From NCBI GenBank assembly GCA_004431415.1, contig QPMI01000546.1, positions 1-64,000 on the forward strand: DNA of 64,000 bases, read 5' to 3'. Below, piece by piece: positions 56,996-64,000 of the stretch. The stretch is from Cyanophora paradoxa CCMP329 (lineage: Eukaryota; Plantae; Glaucophyta). The notes beneath the pieces were generated by a model that was given only the letters and a program-made list of their open reading frames with translations, did no database searches and was not told the origin of the DNA. The translations under genes and the position numbers were made by a program. The first letter of the stretch is position 1; the number at the start of each line of letters is the position of its first letter.

Positions 56996-59900
56996 ATGCC
57001 CCGGCCGCGGATCTCAAGGCCTGCAGCTGGCCATGGGGCGGCGCCGGCGCACCGATCGCAATGCAGATGCGCCGAGTGCTGCAGGTCCGACCCGCGCGCG
57101 GCTGCCGCGATCGCGAGCGCCACTCACTCACCTCCTTGACTTCATGCAGCCCCCAGCCCCGGCCGTGGGCCTGCGAGTACCGCTGCGCGTGCCAGCAGTG
57201 CGAGGCGGCGCGCTCTGGATCTCCGGCCGCGGGCGCAGCGGCCCGCTTCTGCTTCGACTTCGTCCTCCACTTGGAGGGGATGGTCACCCAAGGGCCCGAG
57301 ACCAGCAAACGCGACTTGAAGGCCTGCGTGGCTCGCTGGAGGGTGCTCCTTTACGTATGCATGCATACTTGTCAATGTCCGAGTAACTTGGACGCGCGCG
57401 GCCGCAGGGCGAGCTCGAAGCCTGCGTGGCCGAGCTGGGCGAGCAGCGCCTCGCGTCGGTCGCGCTCGCCCTCAGGCTCGCCCGCCTTCTTTGGGTTTTC
57501 AGCCGGGACGCAGAAGCCCGCGAGGTCTACCAGGTGCCACTGCTTGCAATTGCCCGACTACTCACAGCGCTTCTTTCGCGTCTTCATACTTGAATTCTGA
57601 AGGCGCTTCCTCACCCCCCGGGCCCGGCCCCCCCCTTCGCAGCGCTTCCTCGCCCCCCGCCTCCTGGACGAGAGGAGGCGGGACGAGCTTCTGGGCGCCA
57701 GCACCACGAATGCTCTCATCACCCACGCCGACAATTACGGTTCCTTGTGCATGGACGCCAAGGACTATTCGACCGCCAAGAAGGCCTACGCGGTTCGCGA
57801 GCGTTCGAGAACAACAAATGCTAGATGCTTATATAATTATGCGCATCTACAGAAGACTCCGTCGTATCAGTGGCTCACTGCGTTTCCTCGTAACAGGCCA
57901 CGCTCGAGATTTTAAATTGTTATGCCAAGTTGGACGCGAGCCACGAGAGTGTCTCCGATACGCTCTATAAACTCGCGCTATCCTGCCTCGGGCTGAAGGA
58001 ACGAGATGAAGCTTTCAATAACTACCAGGTGCGCAAGCTTTAATACATTCGAATAGATTTGTCGAAGTCGACAGTTCTCTGCCAAAACTTTCAAGTGCAG
58101 TCTAGATCTAGATCTCTAATTTAATTTGTCTCCCGGATGTTCTGTGCCAATAATTTCAAGTGCAGCTGGCGTTGGGGCTCGATCAGGATTCGGGAGACGC
58201 GCGGCGGCTGGCCTCCATGTGCTGCCGCGCGGATCCCTTCCTTGTCCCCATCGCGCGCCAGTTCGAAGAGGCGGGCTTCGCAGGCGACGCCGAACAGATC
58301 CTCGAGGCAAGCAACTTTAATTTTGAGATGTGCATCGTCGATCTGATCCGAAATTCGTGCGCGCAGATGAATTTCAAAATTGCAGAGCGAGCGTGCGAAG
58401 CATGTAAGCACCGCGGTATGCTCGGCAGAGCATCAGGCGCGTTCGGTATCTTCATCTTCCGAGCTCGAGCGGGCCGAGTCCGGATTCGGAGCAATTTGGG
58501 CAAAGCACAGTTTCTTCTGAAGGTATGGCGTATATCGCGTAGCCCCGGCCCCACGCACATGCACCATGGCTAGTACTAGTGCCTATATATATGTCGGCCC
58601 GCGCGCAGCTCGCGACGAGCTCGCGACATTTCCATGACCCGCCTCGCGCAGTTGGCGCTCGAATTAAGAGAGGATCCGGATTTAGATGTTCTGTACACGC
58701 TCGGCATGCTGCACGGCACAACCGACCGACTGGACGAAGCCAGAGCGTATTTTCGCGTAAGCAAAGAAGGGCCCTTGAATTGTCGCGGTTGTTCACAAGA
58801 GATCTCTAGATCTAGTAATTAACGCGGTCCTGTAATTGACACGAGTCGCAGCGTGGTCTAAATCTGGCTGAGGCGACATTTGGACTTGTACACGATGAAA
58901 CTGAAAGATTTCTCGCAATGCTATACAAGACAAGCCCGAACCCTCTGGACCACGATTTAACTAAAGATCCCTCCGCGGCGAAGCACTACTGCGACAGTAT
59001 TTCTTTCTGCTATGAGGCGCGCTGGTGCCACCGCTCAGCTTGTTCAAACTCGTTCCGAATTCGTATTTCTGAAGATGTACTCGCCCAGAAAATGACCAAC
59101 TTCATCAAACAGACGGGCAGGATGCCCGCCGGAGTCACGACAGGTGACATGACCCTGAGCGCCATTGTCAAGGTGAGAAATATAAGGCTCCCGCTAGTCT
59201 TACATTTATAAATATTGTCTTCGACTTCGAATTCAATCGTTTCAAAATTGTGTTCTCGTACGCAGCGGCTGGAAGAGACTGCGAAACTCGCGCGTCTTCA
59301 GAGTTGGCTAACAACGTCTCCGGAGACCGTCCAGCCCTCAAGTCCGGAGCTCCAGACACGTGCACCTCCCGTTCAATCAGAAATCCGGCGAACGGCGGAG
59401 CACGAGGGGGCGGAGGCAGGGCGGGAGCGGGTGCACCAGGACGAGCTGGAGGGGCGGAGGAAAGCAAATGCAAGACCTGAAGCGGGCCGCGGTCGCGAGC
59501 GGGCGCGGCAGGAGGCTGAGCGCAACGAGCGCGAGCGGGCGCGACGGGAGGCCGAGCGCGCCGAGCGCGCCAAGCGCGACGCCGCCGACCGCGTGCGTCT
59601 CAGATGCCCTGTCCTAGGCCTCTCATGAATTAAAAATGAATTGTTACATTTCGCGCTGAGAACGTAAACCTCGGATTCGCAGAACAAAGCGCTCGATCTC
59701 GCAAAGGAATCGAATTGGCCCGCCGCTCGCGCGCTGCTGGACGCCTTGCTTGAGGTCGTCCCCAGCTCGTGTTCGCACCACGCTGTCTCCCGATCCCGTC
59801 CTCAACTGCATTCTCGCAGCGATCGCCCGGGGACGTTGCTGCCCGCCTGCTCCGCATGCGTGCGCTCCTTTTGATATCTTGCAACTGGCACACGACGCTA

Positions 59901-61193
59901 CTGCTGTCTCACACCCGTGCAGAGTGCATGGACGGGATGGGCCAGCTGGAGGCCATTGTGCAGGAGGCGGAGGCCTGGGAAAATGCGCTTGTGGCAGAGT
60001 CGTATGCAACGAGCTCGACGACAGGCGTCGACAGGCGCGATGTACTTGTAAAGTGCGCCGCTATATTTTTTCGCTCTTCATGATCATCGATATCGTGCAA
60101 TCTCTCCATCACCAACGACGCTGGCCACAGGGTCCAAAGGCTTCGGCAGAAGGCCGAGCGCGAGACTGCGCTCCGCGAGCGGCGGGAGGCCGAAAGGAGA
60201 GCGGACGAGGCGGCGCGCCAGCTCTTGGAGGAGGAAGAACAGGAGCGGCAGCAGGAGGAGCGGCGGCGGGGGGAGGCCGCACGGCGGGCGGCGGAGAAGG
60301 CGGAGCGGCGGCGCCGGGCGGAGGAGGAGCGGCGGCAGGCGCAGCGGAGGCGGGAGGAGGAGGAGCAATCAGCGCGGGAGCAGCAGCGGCAGCAGCAGCA
60401 GCGGCTGGCGGAGGAGCGGGAGGAGAGGCGGCGCAGGGACGAACAGGAGACGTGGGCGGTGGAGGAGGCCGATCGCGAACAGCAGCGGCGGGAACTCGAA
60501 GAGGAGCGGCGGCGCGAGGAGGAGCGCCGAGCAGCGCCGACGGCGCGCCGCACCGCACCGGACGCTGCGGGGCAGCTTCCTGCCTGGCCGGCAGCGCAGC
60601 CCGGGGCGGCCGCGCCGGCGAGGAGCCGGAGCCGGCGTGCGCGATCTGCCTCGACTCGGAGCCCGGCGCTGGTGGCCCCTCGAGCCCCGTCGCGCCCCTC
60701 CCCTGCGGCCGTGCGCCCCGCCCGCCCCGCCCGCCCTAGGCCTCCTTCACGTGCCGACGCCTCCGCAGACCGCTTCCACGCGCGGTGCATTGCGACGTGG
60801 CGGGCGAGCCCGCTGGGCACCTCCTGCCCCGAGTGCCGCGCCCCCTTCTCCGGCACCGCCCCCGACCCCGCCCCCGAACAGGCGCCTCCCGCCGCCTCGG
60901 AACCCGCCGCGCCTGCAGCCGCTGGCCCCAGTGGCGCCCTCGAGCTCGCTCCGGCCCCGGCGCCGGAAGCACCCGCGCCCGCCGGCCCTCTCGAGGCCGC
61001 GGTCGCCGCGGCAGCTATGGGTCAGCTCTCTCTCGCTCCGGCGCCAGCGCCTGCGCCCCCATCTTCGCCGCCCGCCCCCGGGCCCCGCCCCACGCGGCCC
61101 TACCTGCCCCCCGGCGGCCCAATCGTCCGCCCCACGCGCCCCTACGACCCCTTCAACCGCGGCGCCGGCTCCGCGGCCGGTCCCAGCCAATGA
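56996..61193 (+). CDS. Cys-rich / TPR-like / coiled-coil / RING-H2 protein, copy B (inverted paralogue of copy A; frameshift at ~60603)
   Basis: CRCAECC|SPQPRPWACEYRCACQQC; LDVLYTLGMLHGTTDRLDEARAYFR; RSPGDVAARLLRMRALL; CAICLD...LPCG|HRFHARC...CPECR; the same PYDPFNRG tail as copy A. Confidence 0.7.
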
Positions 61194-61397
61194 GCGCTAT
61201 AAATTCGACAGGCGCACGCGATTGTATTTACAGATGCAGATAACGACGATTGCTACAGCTGCAGATTGTATTTACAGCTTATATTGTTTTCTTCCTCATC
61301 GTCCTGATTTTAGAGGTGGCGCCTCCGAAGGGCCCCGCGGGGTGGGATCGCCGGGCCGGGGGACCGGGCCGGGGCCGGGGCCGGGGCCGCGGGCGCC

Positions 61398-63603
61398 TCA
61401 CTCGGCCTTCTTCTTGGGGGCGGCGTCGCCGCGGCGGGCGCCCCAGACGGCCGCCGCCCAGTCCCGCACCGACGAGAACCACTCTGCCGGACGCGGGAGG
61501 TCGCGAACCAAGAGAGGGAGAGGGGCGAGGGCCGCACCGAAGAGGCCGGCGCCCCAGGAGCGGAGGGAGTCGAGCCAGCCGCGCTCGCTCGCCGCAGCCC
61601 GCTCCTGCTTCACCTGCCCGCCCCGCCCCCGTCTGGCCCTCCCCCTTTTTCTCGCCCGTAGAGCGCGTACCCGGTCCTCGATCTCGAAGAAGAGGGTCCC
61701 TGGGGGTACCGGTTCGTGAGGGCTCGGACGGGCACCGCGAGACATGTTGAGGGTGCCCCGCACCGTCGTAGGCCTTCCGGACCGACTCCTTCGGGACCTG
61801 GGCACGAACAAATAAATTTCGCGGCAAAGCTCGAGGGGGACGGGATTTTGAGCTGGGGAGGGGGGTACCTTGCCGTTCTCGGCGGCGATCCAGAAGAGGA
61901 AGCCCCACTCCATCATCTGCGACACCCAGCCCACCGGGTCCTGGGACCGGGTGGGGGTACGCGAATTTCAGAGCTCGCATGCCGGGAGACAGATTTTTTG
62001 GGGGGGGGTACGGCACCGCGATGTTGCGCTTGGAGTACGCCAAGTTGACGAGCTCCTGGGCCGTGAGGGCCCCGTCCCGGTCCAGGTCGAACTGCGTACC
62101 CGGGGATCGGGGGCGGAAGGGTTGGGGGGGGGGGGGGGGTAAGGAGGGGGACCTGGGTGAAGAGCTGCGGAGAGGGAGGGGTGAGTCGGCGAGCGGCGGG
62201 CGCGGGCGGGCGGCGCCGGCGAGGGAAGCAGTCGCGGACCTGGGGTGGGAGAGCGGGCGGGGGGTACCGGGCGGACAAGCCGGTGAGGGTCAGGACTTCA
62301 ACAGCGGACGAGGGGACCCGCGCAGACCTCCTCGAACTGCGGGTCCGTCCAGTGAACAAAGGACGGGGGGTAGATGCGCGGAACGAGGGGGGTACAGAAG
62401 TGCAGACCTTCTCGGGGATGAACCGCCCCTGGTGGTCGTAGACTGCGAAGGGTTAGCGAACCAAGATGAGATCAAAGCTCCATTCGAATCCAAGCTCAGG
62501 AGCGCGCCGCCGGAGTCGCTGCCGTGCTTGGCGCGGTGGATGTTGCGCAGGTCGATGGTGAGCGTCGGCCACCAGCTCCGGCTCGTCCACCTGGCGCCGA
62601 ATTCGATCCAAATTTGAATTTGAATTCGAATTCGATCCGCGCCGCGCGCGCGAAGCCGCGGCGGGGGCGCGGGCAGGAGGAAGCACCAGCCCATCGTGAC
62701 GTTGACCATGCTGATCGCCCAGAGGGACCAGAACCAGCTGCGGGGCCGCGGATCAATTTGCATACGGGATCAGCAAACTGCCGATGCGCATGCGCACCCG
62801 AAGCCGAGGGCGCGGAAGCCTGCAGCGATACGAGCGCGCAAGCGAGTGTACATGTGAGGGGCCGCCGCGCCGCGCGGGCACGACGCGAGCTTGAGGCGCG
62901 CGTGCGATGGCGTGCACGTGCACGAGCGTCCGCACCGCGGAAAGTATCCAGGGCGGACACTGCGGGGGTTACATGAATATTAGCAAAGATAGCGAAGCAA
63001 GCTCTTAAACGAGCCGAGGCGCACCCTTGTTGTCGTGGTCGCGGTCGAAGCTGCACGAAAGCAAAACTTCAGTGTTTCCGAAAGCGAGCGATCGGAGCTC
63101 TTAAGTCCGTAGGCGCGCAAATCGCAGTGGAGCTGCAGCACGGAGCGATCCTCGCGCGTGCCTGTGCAGGGCAGGCGCCGCGTGATCATGAGCACGCGAG
63201 GATTTGAGCGCGATTCTCCGAGCCTCGCGATCGCAGGCGAAGCAGAGGCGGCGCACCAGGAGTGCCCTGCGGATGCTGCGCATCGACGGCCTTCGTGGCG
63301 CGCGGGAGCTCCGGGTGGCTCAAGGCCTGCAGCGCGCGCGGGAGACAAGGACCCAGGCCGTCAAACAGAGCGGCAGGGGAAAGCGCGCCCAGGCTGCAGC
63401 GTGCGCGTAAAGCGCGCGAGCCTTCACGGAGGTGGGATCGACGGGCTGCAGGATCGTCGCTGGAGCGCCCTGCGTACGTCCTCGCGGGTGAGCCCCACGG
63501 CCGAGCGCCGAGTGGCATGGAGGGAGCGATGGTCGACGCGAGCGCACCGTGTTAAATTTGCATTAGCACAACCGTACAACACTGAAGTCGTAACGTCGAC
63601 CAT
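61398..63603 (-). CDS. Caleosin/peroxygenase with a C-terminal extension; multi-exon (start uncertain)
   Basis: PRATKAVDAQHPQGT; SVLQLHCDF|FDRDHDNK (EF-hand); FRALGF; DLRNIHRAKHGSDSG; YDHQGRFIPEK; GWVSQMMEWGFLF; KESVRKAYDG|TLFFEIE. Confidence 0.9.
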
Positions 63604-64000
63604 ACCCTCACTGAAAACTATATCCAGGAAGAGAATATGAGGACTCTCGTGTGCTGTGCCTAAACATCTACCTATATATATAACTAGCTATCCATCTAAC
63701 TCTACCCCTGGGCTAGACCTATGCTAATAGGTGGGGATGGAGCGAGGGTGGTAAAGCTGGTGGGGTGGTACTGCCTGAGTGGAGAGGTGAGGAGCTTGGT
63801 GCCTCCGGCCCCGCTAGGGCCGGGGGTTCAGAGAGGATTAGGCCTCCACTTTGGCTGGGCACTCCCGCTCCGTTGCTCCCCGACTCCAGCTGTCCGCCCC
63901 CTCCCAAGTCTACCCCCCTCTCCCCCCCGGCATGGGTCCGCCCTCCCCTGCCTGTACGCACAACTTGCCAGTGTCCTTCACACTAGCACGTACAATCCTC

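Noticed and set aside
22185-62700. Hundreds of long Arg/Pro/Gly/Ala-rich ORFs (e.g. 27279-29945, 35279-37003)
   Set aside because: Stop-poor GC-rich exon and intron read-through. Real coding segments switch frames at splice sites.
63640-64000. Compositionally distinct end segment, possibly a retroelement end
   Set aside because: No terminal repeat, tail or domain motif is visible within the window.

Overview
This is a eukaryotic nuclear window, very GC-rich, with many short introns (roughly 50-110 nt, often GC-AG), so most six-frame ORFs are artefacts. The phytochrome architecture and Phe-containing plastid transit peptides suggest a glaucophyte such as Cyanophora (inference). Positions 1-5073 look like the right end of an integrated Polinton-like DNA virus. 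Its genes are tightly packed and almost intron-free: an FN3 protein, two paralogous beta-rich proteins, an HNH-like protein, an NLS/coiled-coil/SIM protein and an orphan. It also has three telomere-like (CTTGGGA)n cassettes and an ACTACTACT terminus. Four of its genes carry nine frameshifts, all net -1 and all placeable at C-runs of the coding strand, with no nonsense codons after repair. Host genes follow: a giant, possibly secreted fibre-like repeat protein (~3.3 kaa) with nested higher-order repeats; a PAS-GAF-PHY-PAS-HK-REC-REC phytochrome with 4-, 6- and 11-nt microexons; an sAC-like double cyclase-STAND protein whose stop codon is supplied by a hAT MITE; a plastid DUF760 protein; two inverted TPR/coiled-coil/RING-H2 paralogues flanking a CLCe/f-type channel; and a caleosin. 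Two hAT MITEs with exact 8-bp TSDs and a poly(A) retroposon are present, and intergenic DNA is saturated with short palindromes. All gene models were built by eye, so exon boundaries are approximate unless stated.
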